Shown here: positions 29,793-39,359 of the stretch, piece by piece
Layout: every line of letters begins with the position of its first letter
Numbering within the stretch: position 1 is the stretch's first letter
Assembly: GCA_963743305.1 (NCBI GenBank)
Contig: CAVUPH010000013.1
Span: forward strand, 192,001-256,000
Length of the DNA stretch: 64,000 nt
Direction: 5' to 3'
Source: an uncultured delta proteobacterium
GTDB taxonomy: Bacteria > Desulfobacterota > RBG-13-43-22
The notes under the pieces: generated by a model
Databases searched by the model: none
Seen by the model: only the letters and a program-made list of their open reading frames with translations
What the model was told of the DNA's origin: nothing
Position numbers and translations under genes: made by a program

Positions 29793-30834
29793 TTAGGTGA
29801 CATTGATAAAAGTCTGCACGGTTCCCAGGACCTTGCCGGTAATCCAGTGACGGTACTGGAGGGTTGCCCGATAGGTCTTCGGAAATGGCGGCGGCTTGAT
29901 GATCAGATCCCAACGTTGCGCCGTGGACAAAACAAAAGGGTAATTGGCTCGGAGCTTGAAGGGGCTGGAATACTTAGACGCGGGAGTCCCGCCCAAAGGC
30001 CGGCCATCCATGGCGACGACCGTTACCGGCAGTCCGATGGTCCAGCGGTTCAGGGTATACCCGGCATTGGTCAGGCGGAGGAGTATGGTCTGGCCGGCCT
30101 TGATAGTAATGGCCACCCGGGGATCGGTAACGGGCGTATTCGGGGCGATCGAAAGGCCGTTCATTAAGAAATAATCCGGTTGAAAATCGTGCAAAATGCC
30201 GTCATTGGTAAAAGGACCGTTGGAGCTGCAACCCGCCATAAAGGCATTATGCGTCAGGGAATGCCAGCGGCTGTCAATCTCATCGGGAAGCCCAGAAGGC
30301 CTCGACGTCATAAGCGGGTCCTCCGGTGAAGGCCGTTCCCGGTCCGGTGGGAGGATCGATAATCAATAAACCGTACAGGCCCATTTCAAAATGAAGGACG
30401 GTGTTTTTATGGCAATGATACGTATAGGTACCGGCGTGACTGGCATACCATTGATAGGTATAGGAATTGGGGAATTCAAAGGACATCTTTCCTACCCCGT
30501 CGTTCATGGGGGTCGGCTCGATACCGTGGTGATGGATCGTATGGGTATTGCCCTTTACGTTGGTAATGGTATGGACCACCTGCCCCTCGTTAACCCGAAT
30601 CATGGGAGACGGAAAGGTGGTGGGCAAATTGGGATCGGCGATAACCCACATGCGCACCGCCCTTCCATCCCACATGGTTACATCGAAGTCGATCTGCAAC
30701 TCCCGCGTGAAGGTTCTATCGGGGACGACGCGGTCAGGTGTCGGACCGCTGAATGTCGGCGGGCAAATGAATTTTATGAAATCCTCTTCCTGGGCCGGGG
30801 TAACAGGTTCACGAGGGATTATGGCGATCGGCAT
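29793..30834 (-). CDS. Two-domain multicopper oxidase-like subunit B (frameshift at about 30290)
   Basis: Domain 1 HTIHHHG and YHCHKNTVLHFEMGL; removing one base gives AFWAPDEIDSRWH and joins domain 2. Confidence 0.8.
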
Positions 30835-30885
30835 TAGCGCTCCTTTTGGGCCGACTCCGGGGTGGGAGGCCCGCCACTCTTATGA

Positions 30886-32025
30886 TTATTTAGGGAAATC
30901 AACCGGTCCTCCCGGGAGGGTGATGTCCCCGGTGATCTCCCAATCCGTCACCATCCCCAGCGGATAGTTGCCGCCGGCGGCAGTCTGCGACATCTCCGTG
31001 TGATCGTGCATGGGAAAACCCAAGGGGGACTGGCGTACTCCCCCCAGGATTAAATTCAATTCCTCGGTCGGAGGCCAATTAGCCGCCGGGGGGATATCCG
31101 GAGGTTTAATAAAGGGAAGCAGCCAATCCATGCGCTGCATAGGTCTCACGAGGAAAGTATCGACCAAAAAGATATTTTTTTGCACCAGACCATTCAGGGC
31201 CAGCACATAGACATGGTTGCCATGGATATGCAGCGAATGGATCGCCAGGCCGGCATTGAGGATCCGAATCAAGGCCGGTTCTCCGACACGGCCCTCGGGG
31301 GCGGTATCCGGATTCTTGGCGGAAAAAAATCCGGATCGGCCGTTAATGGTAAAATAGCGGGGTAAGAAATTTTGTTTAAGGTCGGCCGGAGAGATAAACT
31401 GGTTATTCAGGGCCAGGGTATTGAAGTTGGGATCAATGTTGTTCAACAGCCAAATCCAGTATCGGGCGGGATTCCAGGGGTTTCCGGGAAAGTGGGGTGA
31501 ATTCCCCAGGTCATTGAACAGAGACTGGGCATTGGGCGTGGGAGAACTGTAGGGTGTGTTCCCTGAAACCGGACTGACGATCATGGCCCCCTGCAAGCCC
31601 AGGACCCGATTAACCGGCGCGTTCAAGGGATCGAGATAAAGATAGGTGCCGGCCTTGGGCGCGGTAAAGGTGATGACCTTACTTTCTCCGGGCAGGATCG
31701 GACCGCTGTCCACCACCCCGGGGATGGAAAAGGCGTGCGGTTCGTCCAGAGCGTTGGTCAACTTAACGGTGATCGGGTCGCCCTCGTTGGCCAGGATGAT
31801 GGGACCGGGAACCCGAGGACCTAAGGTTGGTGTCTGAAAGGCCCAGAAGTAAACCTGTGTAAAATCGACCATCTCGATGATGGCCTCGCTGAAGGTCAGA
31901 TCAACGGTCTGGGCGGCCGCCAGGGCCTCTGACTCCCGAAAGATCTTGGGTATCCCGGCGGGTGCATTGACGAGGATGGCGGCCAAACCGGTCAGGCCGT
32001 ATTGGATAAATTGCCGTCTCTCCAT
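30886..32025 (-). CDS. Two-domain multicopper oxidase-like subunit A with Tat signal
   Basis: MERRQFI twin-arginine; PGPII..EGD; domain 2 HSLHIHG and MHDH. Confidence 0.85.
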   Translation of the reverse strand: MERRQFIQYGLTGLAAILVNAPAGIPKIFRESEALAAAQTVDLTFSEAIIEMVDFTQVYFWAFQTPTLGPRVPGPIILANEGDPITVKLTNALDEPHAFSIPGVVDSGPILPGESKVITFTAPKAGTYLYLDPLNAPVNRVLGLQGAMIVSPVSGNTPYSSPTPNAQSLFNDLGNSPHFPGNPWNPARYWIWLLNNIDPNFNTLALNNQFISPADLKQNFLPRYFTINGRSGFFSAKNPDTAPEGRVGEPALIRILNAGLAIHSLHIHGNHVYVLALNGLVQKNIFLVDTFLVRPMQRMDWLLPFIKPPDIPPAANWPPTEELNLILGGVRQSPLGFPMHDHTEMSQTAAGGNYPLGMVTDWEITGDITLPGGPVDFPK

Positions 32026-32618
32026 AACTCCCCCCAGATATTCTTTTTTACTATTAATTGATTATAAGATAGAAGAAACAAGTATTGCAATGGGTAAAAA
32101 TATGTATTTTTGTGCATCTGCAAAATGATATAATTATTAAAGTCAATCGAGATTGTCTATGTCGGGAGTCCGGAGAGGAGAGAATTTTTGCTTTTAATGG
32201 GTCTCAATATCGGTTTGGTGGTGTCCACCGTTTTTTCAATCTGGACCAGTCAGTCTGTTCCCGGCCTTTTAGCTGTTTCTTGTGGGGCCGTAGGAGGGGT
32301 GACGCTCTATGCGAGGGTTAGAGCCTGGAGAACCGGTAAGGCCAGGCGCTTTCTATGATTTGGTTCGGGACAACGAAGAAGCCACAAAAAAAATGAAAAC
32401 CTTCGACGCTATGTTTTGGGCCACAGGGGGGTTCAATCTGGTCGTCTGCCTCTCGTATGTGTTCAATAGATTCTTACATCCATCGTTCTGAGAGCCAAAA
32501 ATATTTCAAATATTTTTGGCTAGGTATTTGATCAAGTAGCAGAAAGCGGTCGGATCGGCACTCCCCTCGCCCTTCGCCGACCGATCGTACGGGTTGGACG
32601 GCCTTCCTCAACACCCAT

Positions 32619-32658
32619 TAACAGGGTGCGGAAATACTCCTTTTTCAGCAACCGGTTA
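32619..32658. repeat. Collapsed IS-end-like inverted repeat
   Basis: TAACAGGGTGCGGAAA ... TTTCAGCAACCGGTTA. Confidence 0.4.
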
Positions 32659-32675
32659 ATCAACACGTCGCGCTC

Positions 32676-33236
32676 GTGACAAAGAACAGAAAGCATTTCC
32701 CCCAAATCAAATCGGACTTTCAAATTATCTCCGGCGGTCAAACCGGTGTAGACCGGGCCGCCCTGGACGTGGCCCGGGAACTGGAGATCCCCTGCGGGGG
32801 GTGGATTCCCAAAGGCCGGCGGGCCGAAAATGGGGCGATCCCCGAGTGGTACCCCTTGAGGGAGATGCCGTCGCCCAGATATCCACCCCGGACCGCTAAA
32901 AACGTCCGGGAGGCGACGGGGACCCTTATCCTGACCTGGGGACCACCCACCGGCGGAACGGCCCTGACTGTCAAGCTGGCCCGGAAACAGCGGAAGCCCT
33001 TCCTTTTGGTAGACCTGGCCCAGGGCGGCGACCCGGAAACCGTTCGCGATTGGCTCAGGAAGAACGAAATCAAAATACTGAACGTGGCCGGACCCCGGGA
33101 AAGCCAGGTCCCCGGTATCCATGACCGGGCCGTCGGTTTCCTCAGGCGGGTGCTGAAAAAGGGTCGTTCGGTCCCCGGGACACGGGAAAGCCAAAGGCCT
33201 TATGGCGCCCCGGGCATTCAGGATTCGGAAATATAG
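32676..33236 (+). CDS. Putative molybdenum-carrier/cpYpsA (SLOG) family protein
   Basis: IISGGQTGVDRAALD, GGWIPKG, RTAKNV, LNVAGPRES. Confidence 0.88.
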   Translation: MTKNRKHFPQIKSDFQIISGGQTGVDRAALDVARELEIPCGGWIPKGRRAENGAIPEWYPLREMPSPRYPPRTAKNVREATGTLILTWGPPTGGTALTVKLARKQRKPFLLVDLAQGGDPETVRDWLRKNEIKILNVAGPRESQVPGIHDRAVGFLRRVLKKGRSVPGTRESQRPYGAPGIQDSEI

Positions 33237-33376
33237 GCGGATCAAAGCGATGTAGAGGGGATCGAGCGAAGGAGAATAAAAAGGCGGACTTCAATGATTT
33301 TTTGGTGAAATATTGGTTTTGACATCCGGTCAAGATCTATCATAGAATCCGGATGTATAAAGTCCCTGAGGGAAAA

Positions 33377-33418
33377 AAGTCAAATCCTTAGACAAGATAG
33401 GAAGGGAAAGCCACAGGA
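33377..33418 (+). ncRNA. Truncated c-di-GMP-I (GEMM)-like riboswitch 5' half
   Basis: AAGTCAAA-TCCT..loop..AGGA-AGGGAAAGCCACAGG runs directly into the RBS; 3' stem not evident. Confidence 0.35.
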
Positions 33419-33428
33419 GGAATTCGGC

Positions 33429-34405
33429 ATGACCATTCATCTGAAACGTACTATTTTCTTTTTTTGTATCTTGTATCTTGGGTTGGGTTGTTGCCTTGAC
33501 ATCCGTGCCAATGCACAATATCAAACTGGTTTAGCAGCTATGTTGTATGAACATGCCGTTCGTTACATAAGCGGAAAGGTAACTTTTAACGGAATTGGTT
33601 TAGAAAAGGTATCGATATATGATGGAACCAAACTAATGGCAACAACCGGTGAGAATGGGTATTTTAAATTTAGGGCTACTAATGTTTGGTATAGTTTAAC
33701 AGCTAAATTGAATGGTTATGAGTTTGCTCCTGATCCTATACCTATTCCGGCAAACGAATATGATCAGGAAAGAAATGACTTTACTGCACAAAAACTTGCC
33801 CTTATTAACATCAGCGGCAAAGTAACCTGGAAAAATTACTCCGGCGACACCACGATTGCAACCAATCCCTTACCCATGGTGGCGATGGAGGCCATTGCGC
33901 AGGATGGGTCTCTTTCCGACAGGGTGGTTACAGGCGTCGATGGAAAATATGCCATCTCCGTACCAATCGGTTGGTCCGGAATCGGTAAAGCCGGTCAGAT
34001 TGGGTTTTGATTTTATTCCTGAACAAAATCCTTATTTTTTCCTGGCCCAGGATCAAACCAAAGATTACCAGGCGCCCGGAATGTTTCTTAATAATAGGGT
34101 TACCGTTTCGATAAGAGATGAGAATAACAACAAGCTGCCCTTGCAAGAGCACGTTCGGATTGATTTTAGAGGGATAGACCATGCCGCTGGAAGTCACGAC
34201 TACACCTATATGGATCGAGAGCACAGGGCAAGCCGTCTGGGACTTCCATTCAGGCTGGATAGGGGAGATAACGCCGAGTAATCATCAGCCCGGGACCCCC
34301 CCCGGGGAAGGCCCTATTCTTTATAACTTTACTCCGGCATCTATCCGCATGAGCGCACCGATTGCGTCCGACCTGACGTTCTCTTTTAAGGCCAAGCCAC
34401 AATAA
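33429..34405 (+). CDS. Secreted protein with carboxypeptidase-regulatory-like Ig domains (two frameshifts)
   Basis: Signal peptide; ISGKVT, T..NG.Y, GW.G.I.P, GYEF.P motifs across three frames. Confidence 0.7.
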
Positions 34406-34517
34406 CCAGGACGGGGCGGCCAGATCCTGGATCGGCACCCTCGGCCAGCCGGCCACCACAGCTCCCCGGCACTAGAGTTTTCGGGTTGTTTTTGTGGGCG
34501 ATAGAAGCCCAGTCAAC

Positions 34518-34580
34518 GTTCCCGAACCCGCCACCTTGCTGCTTTTCGGCTTGGGCCTTCTCGGACTGGCAGGGGTAATC
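34518..34580 (+). pseudogene. Orphan PEP-CTERM sorting-signal fragment
   Basis: VPEPATLLLFGLGLLGLAGV with no upstream protein body. Confidence 0.8.
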
Positions 34581-34601
34581 CCTTTCATATTGCAGAAGGA
34601 G

Positions 34602-34636
34602 AAAGGCAGAGTCGACCTGGCTCTGCCTTTTCTTTC
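34602..34636. terminator. Rho-independent terminator (possibly bidirectional)
   Basis: AAAGGCAGAG-loop-CTCTGCCTTTTCTTT. Confidence 0.7.
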
Positions 34637-34697
34637 TTGTGTAGTGGATTGCCAATTGAAATTTTCTGCTAAACTCTTAATTCGCTTTCAACGAGTA

Positions 34698-34798
34698 AGG
34701 AAGAACTCCCGATTTCCCTTGAAAATTCTCCTCACCACAAATTCTTCAATTCACCTACTACTCATTAAAAAAGCTGGCCCCAAGAATTAACGATTACC
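34698..34798. repeat. ~100-nt conserved intergenic element, copy A
   Basis: AGGAAG..TCCCTTGAAAATT..CCTCACC..CACCTACTACT-29nt-GATTACC. Confidence 0.75.
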
Positions 34799-34975
34799 GA
34801 AATATGGGAGAAATGATTGGACTACCCCGACCTTGAACTTGGGGTTTCGTCGTTCCTTTTGACCACAGCCGCCTTGTTCCCTTAGGCTGACTCATGGCTT
34901 ATCACATTGTCTAATTATTGGGGACCACCGTACTTAGCTGTATTCATCTATTCTGGTTCATTTCTTAATCCAAAA

Positions 34976-35554
34976 TCAGATAGGATCATTCTGGTTAGTT
35001 TGACATGTTTCCACAGATACCCATATCTTTTCTATGTAGAGCGTCACGGTCCCTTTCTTGACAAAGCCGAGTTGCTTGGCCATCGCATAGGAGACATCCA
35101 AATCCCGGTCTCTGATATAGGGTCCCCGGTCATTGACAACACCTTCTGCGGCCTTTCCATTATCGAGGTTAACAAGTCGGACCCTGGTCCCGAAGGGTAA
35201 TGTCCTGTGGGCCAGGGTGTTTTTATGCATATTGAACCTCTGCCCGTTTGCGGCCCGCTTGTTGTGATGTCTTGGCCCATACCAGCCGGCGGTCACTCTC
35301 CTCGCCCTTGAAGGAGTGGGGCGGGGAACCTTTACGGGTGTAAGATATTCGACATTTTCAGGCCGGGCTGCTAATGGGCTGATAAGGAGACCTCCAAGGA
35401 GATCCGTTGTGTCCATGCCGATGATATCCACTTCTTCGCTATGAACAGTGCTTGCAGGCTGACAGTCAAACGACATGGATGTATTTCCAATTGAGAGAAG
35501 GCACAGGAAAACTGCCGTCCCGCAGGCTGTCTTTTTCAGAAATTGCATGGCCAT
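34976..35554 (-). CDS. rlpA: RlpA-like lytic transglycosylase (DPBB domain)
   Basis: AGWYG, ANGQRFNM, AHRTLPFGTRV, VNDRGPY, LDVSYAMA. Confidence 0.85.
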   Translation of the reverse strand: MAMQFLKKTACGTAVFLCLLSIGNTSMSFDCQPASTVHSEEVDIIGMDTTDLLGGLLISPLAARPENVEYLTPVKVPRPTPSRARRVTAGWYGPRHHNKRAANGQRFNMHKNTLAHRTLPFGTRVRLVNLDNGKAAEGVVNDRGPYIRDRDLDVSYAMAKQLGFVKKGTVTLYIEKIWVSVETCQTNQNDPI

Positions 35555-35688
35555 GATTCACCTCTCTGGGCCTATCGTAAAAACAATATTTATCAGGGTT
35601 GAGGCTCAAATCATGAATTCCGATGACATTATAGCGGTCCTTCTCTGTGGGATCTAAGGGCTAAAGAAGCAACTTTATCCTATCTAAG

Positions 35689-35704
35689 AGCACAGGGCGT
35701 GCCA
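35689..35704 (-). promoter_or_regulatory. Candidate sigma54 (-24/-12) promoter
   Basis: TGGCACGccctGTGCT (GG-N10-GC) about 135 nt upstream of rlpA. Confidence 0.55.
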
Positions 35705-35966
35705 GATATGGCCACCAGAGATAACAATTTGAATAAAGAGTTGTGTGGTCCCAAGGCACGGAAGGCCTCTTCCGGACCGTATGATGAAGAAGAAAGCCCA
35801 TCAGCTCCAAGTCCTATCCAAGCTAGGACAGGAATGAGTGATAGTTTATGAAAAAGCGAGTTGTCGTGGATGTTTCTTGGTTTTCCGAAAGCCTCAAGGG
35901 AATTTTTTCAAAAAAGGATTGTCCTTTCCCCTTTTCTTCCATGATCCCTCCTCTTAGGGCGCATGA

Positions 35967-35992
35967 AAGAAAAAAGCTGCCGGGTGGCAGCT
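35967..35992 (-). terminator. Riboswitch expression-platform terminator
   Basis: AGCTGCC-accc-GGCAGCT followed by TTTTT. Confidence 0.8.
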
Positions 35993-36002
35993 CTTATTTC
36001 TG

Positions 36003-36128
36003 TCGCCCTTCCATATGCCTACGAGGTTAGCTGACGGGCTTGAACATGGAAGTGTTCTATCCTAAATGGAATACGCCCCTACTCCTTGGGTCCCCCGCAT
36101 TCGTGATCTTCACGAATTTCGGCTTTTT
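36003..36128 (-). ncRNA. c-di-AMP (ydaO-yuaA) riboswitch
   Basis: GCCGAA..GCGGGGGACCCA..GGGGCGTAT..TAGG..CCCGTCAGCTAACCTCGTAGGC. Confidence 0.9.
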
Positions 36129-36253
36129 TATTTGAAGATTACTCTTTTAAAAAAAAATGTCAATAGAAATTTAATATGAAAAAAGACATTGATAAAATCC
36201 GAATTGCCGTTTGTAGTCTTTCATTTTTATTGAACTCAGGTGTTGCGGACTTC

Positions 36254-36358
36254 AGGAAGAAAGTCCCGGTATTCCCTGAAAATTGCCTCCTCACCCCAAA
36301 CTTATCGATGTCACCTACTACTTCACAGAATTAAAGCGCTAAAATATTGTCGATTACC
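36254..36358. repeat. ~100-nt conserved intergenic element, copy B
   Basis: AGGAAG..TCCCTGAAAATT..CCTCACC..CACCTACTACT-29nt-GATTACC. Confidence 0.75.
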
Positions 36359-36453
36359 AAAAGAAATAAGTAATAGCAACTCCCCGAATTCCACCTTCAA
36401 TCAACCTTCCCAGAAGCAGAAGAAACTTAGTTGTTTGCCAGCGTCTTCACACG

Positions 36454-37530
36454 TTATTTAAATGGATATTCTTTATTCCTTTCCTTCGCCATTGTCTGGA
36501 GCAGTTGGTCCTGATTCTCAAAAATAACCGACATTTCCTCTGTTTGTTTGGGAACCATCGTTATCGATCCTGTGGGGCAAGTAGAGGCGCACAACCCGCA
36601 CCCGATACACCGATCCTTGGCGATAACAGAAACATCGTCTTCCATATGAATGGCATTTACCTGACACCGCTCAACGCAGGCCTCACAGGGTATGCAAGTC
36701 TCAACGTCAACCAGGGCATAGTAATTTGAGCGGGCGATGGCCGCCAGATTGTTGTATTTGTTGATATGGACTAGGGCCTTGCAACAACAGCCACAGCAGT
36801 TGCATATGAACATCTTACTGCCCTTGTGGTTCGATGAATGATGGACCAGACCACTTTCCTCTGCCTTTAGCAAGATCTCTTGTGCTTCTCTTTTTGAAAT
36901 TTCTCTACCCAAGCCATTTTCAATATAGTAATCCGCAGCCAAATCAAACATCATGCAGGCTTCTAAAATCTTGTCGCAGCCATGGCCCATCATTCTGGCC
37001 TCTTTGCGGCAAATGCAATCGGCCACCGCAAAACGATAACTTGACTCGATTATTTCGGATACTTTTTCAAAGGGCTGAACTTCAGTACGGTCCTTTATTT
37101 CCCTTTCTATGGGGATGACGCGAAATCCGGCAGTCCCTGAACGGCCTCTTTCAGGAACCATACCCTCCTCAAAGTATTTTTCATATAAAGGTATATTGTC
37201 TTGATTCAGATTATTTAACTGGAACTCCCATATGCCCACTATCCATGGAGCCATGAAATAAAAGGTATATCCTTGGACCGTGCCTCGGAGAATCAATCCT
37301 CTCTTGGACATCTGAAAGAGAATGTCAGCCATTTCAGATTCGTCCCGACCCATCCTTTGCGAGATTACAGTGACGGGTTCCGGGGTTGGCCGCAAGAAAA
37401 GCATGATTTCCGCCTCTTCCGGTGAAAAAAGCTCTTTCAAAATTTTCAATTCAACCCCACTTTTTGTTTTTGGAAACCCTTGGGGGAACATATCGAGTCT
37501 TTCTCTGAGCTTCTCATAAATATCGGTCAT
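36454..37530 (-). CDS. 4Fe-4S dicluster protein with N-terminal wHTH-like region
   Basis: CICR, ICNCCGCCC, CIPCEACVERC, CIGCGLCASTCP; GGAGG RBS. Confidence 0.9.
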   Translation of the reverse strand: MTDIYEKLRERLDMFPQGFPKTKSGVELKILKELFSPEEAEIMLFLRPTPEPVTVISQRMGRDESEMADILFQMSKRGLILRGTVQGYTFYFMAPWIVGIWEFQLNNLNQDNIPLYEKYFEEGMVPERGRSGTAGFRVIPIEREIKDRTEVQPFEKVSEIIESSYRFAVADCICRKEARMMGHGCDKILEACMMFDLAADYYIENGLGREISKREAQEILLKAEESGLVHHSSNHKGSKMFICNCCGCCCKALVHINKYNNLAAIARSNYYALVDVETCIPCEACVERCQVNAIHMEDDVSVIAKDRCIGCGLCASTCPTGSITMVPKQTEEMSVIFENQDQLLQTMAKERNKEYPFK

Positions 37531-37722
37531 GGCTTCCTCCTTTGAGTTATGTTTTTGCATAGGGTTAAAAGTCTTTTTTGGGAGGGGGTTAATGGGGCAT
37601 AAGCATCAGGGATGAAAGATAAAATAAGAACGCCAAAAGCGGGAATGGGAATACGGGTTTTCTCATTTTGACCTCCGCAATAAGGGCAAGATTAAAACAT
37701 ATAGGTTTTATCTGCAAGGGAC

Positions 37723-37809
37723 AGGAAAAGAACTGGAAGGGATTTCCTGATTGGCGCCTTCCACCTACTACTCTTTACTAAGGGCTCTCCTCTGCTGTCG
37801 ATGATTACG
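37723..37809. repeat. Conserved intergenic element, copy C (shortened)
   Basis: AGGAAA..TTCCTGA..CACCTACTACT-30nt-GATTAC. Confidence 0.6.
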
Positions 37810-37843
37810 GATAGAAAGCAAGTATATGGTAATTCTTAAATTA

Positions 37844-37875
37844 GAAGGGCAGAGCGATTTCTGACTCTGCCCTTC
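37844..37875. terminator. Terminator-like hairpin
   Basis: GAAGGGCAGAG-loop-CTCTGCCCTTC; resembles 34602-34630. Confidence 0.6.
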
Positions 37876-37963
37876 CGAGGTAGGCTTTTAATTTCTATTG
37901 CGGCAATTCAAATGTTTCCGTTACCCTGTAGGTAGCCATAACGGTGGGTCCTTTTAGCCTCCC

Positions 37964-38749
37964 TTATGGAAGGAATATCTGTCGTACGTACAGGGGAATG
38001 ACGCCGACTGCTATAAGCTGCTCAGTCCCGTCGAACAGCTTGCTCAGTTCAGGCACGGCAGCACGGAATTGGTAGTTTTTCACCCGGTCTATACCGGCGG
38101 GGACGCTCTTAACGATGTCCGTAGCCGTATCTACCCGGTAGATACGGAAAAAGTCCGGCTCTACAGCCGAATATATCTTTTGTTCCGACTTTGCCCGTGA
38201 GGGGAGGGCTCCCTGGTATTGGACCCGCAACTCGATGATCCCTTCGTGATTATCTTTTACTTCCCAGAAGTCTTCCCCAAACCCAGCTTCAGTGTTAGCC
38301 TCTTTATACGTCTGCTCCCGCCGGATAGTAGCTTGGACAAAGTTCTTATAGGGACCGGGGACAGAATCAATGTTTGCTGCCATCCCACCGGTTACTACGG
38401 TGGCAATCTCACCGGTTTGCGAATGCTTTGCGGGAACCGCGAACACCACCAGTCGAATGATTCCCCCCTTATCCGGCTTTCCTTGAGCGTCCTGAGCAAG
38501 AAACAAATCAATAAAGACGACGAAGAAGTTGGCCTCCTTGAGCGGACCTCCCGGGATTGGGATTACCTGCCATGGAGCCGGAACAAGCTTCTGAAGCTCC
38601 GCTTGCCCTACACGAAAGGCTACCATGAGCCTGGTTTCCGCGGTCGACTGGACAAGGGTCTCTGCCCCCGACTGAGCGGTAGACCCAAAAACCCAGGTCG
38701 AGGCCATTAAAATACCGATGAGAACCCACATTGACTTTTTTGTGGCCAT
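37964..38749 (-). CDS. Secreted hypothetical protein (possibly acetoacetate-decarboxylase-like fold)
   Basis: AGGAGG RBS, signal peptide, ELQKLVPAPWQ motif. Confidence 0.7.
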   Translation of the reverse strand: MATKKSMWVLIGILMASTWVFGSTAQSGAETLVQSTAETRLMVAFRVGQAELQKLVPAPWQVIPIPGGPLKEANFFVVFIDLFLAQDAQGKPDKGGIIRLVVFAVPAKHSQTGEIATVVTGGMAANIDSVPGPYKNFVQATIRREQTYKEANTEAGFGEDFWEVKDNHEGIIELRVQYQGALPSRAKSEQKIYSAVEPDFFRIYRVDTATDIVKSVPAGIDRVKNYQFRAAVPELSKLFDGTEQLIAVGVIPLYVRQIFLP

Positions 38750-38995
38750 GGTCGTTTCCTCCTTTTCGCTTTTTTTAGAGATGAAAGCAGGAAAGGCTCC
38801 AAAGAGATTTTAGGTCCTTTTAGAACCGTAATTGCCGAAAATCGGGTTGATGAATATAAAAACGTTTTTATGAAAAGCTCAAAAGCCATCTAGTAACATA
38901 GGAAATTTTCATTTTCTGGTAAGCTCAACATAACCAAAACTAGGGGGTTGATCCCTTTTGGGGGTTTCATATCGGGAATTTCTGAAAATCCCACT

Positions 38996-39245
38996 TCATA
39001 TCCCACGCCGGTTGAAGGGGCCCTCGATTTGTCCTGAAAAAGAGTTCCAGGACTTGGTATCCGGCTGCTGCCAGTCCGGGCCGAAACGGCGGTCAAAAAA
39101 ATCGCCCAGGCGGCCAAACAAACGATTCCAGCCCTCGTCATTTTCGTATTGAAAGGATGTCCTCCCGGAAAGGGACCACCTCGCCCAGTTTCTCTTTGGG
39201 CAGGTAGGCCCGAGCCGCTTTCTCAATGGACTTCTTCAGGGCCTC
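38996..39245 (-). pseudogene. 5'-truncated remnant of a response regulator (paralogue of 18873-19400)
   Basis: EALKKSIEKAARAYLPKEKLGEVVPF / YENDEGWNRLFGRLGDFFDRRFGPDWQ. Confidence 0.8.
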
Positions 39246-39359
39246 CCCCCTTTACCTAAAATTCCACAGGAGCATTCCGAGGAATTTGGGCTGAAGTTTC
39301 CGTAGGAGGTAGGGAAGAGAAAGCCTCCAAGGGGTGTTTGTTCTTCCGGACCTTTCAGT

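Larger units (their letters stand above)
33305..34457 (+). repeat. Duplicated cassette, copy 1 (promoter + leader + secreted protein + 3' tail)
   Basis: Near-identical 5' ~210 nt and 3' ~135 nt to 43812-45269. Confidence 0.85.

Noticed and set aside
32394-32491. 32-aa hydrophobic ORF MKTFDAMFWATGG...
   Set aside because: No clear RBS and no recognisable family; cannot be supported.
39296-39350. Possible inverted fifth copy of the 100-nt element (GTAGGAGGTA..GTTCTTCC)
   Set aside because: Lacks the GTAATC box at the fixed distance; similarity too weak.
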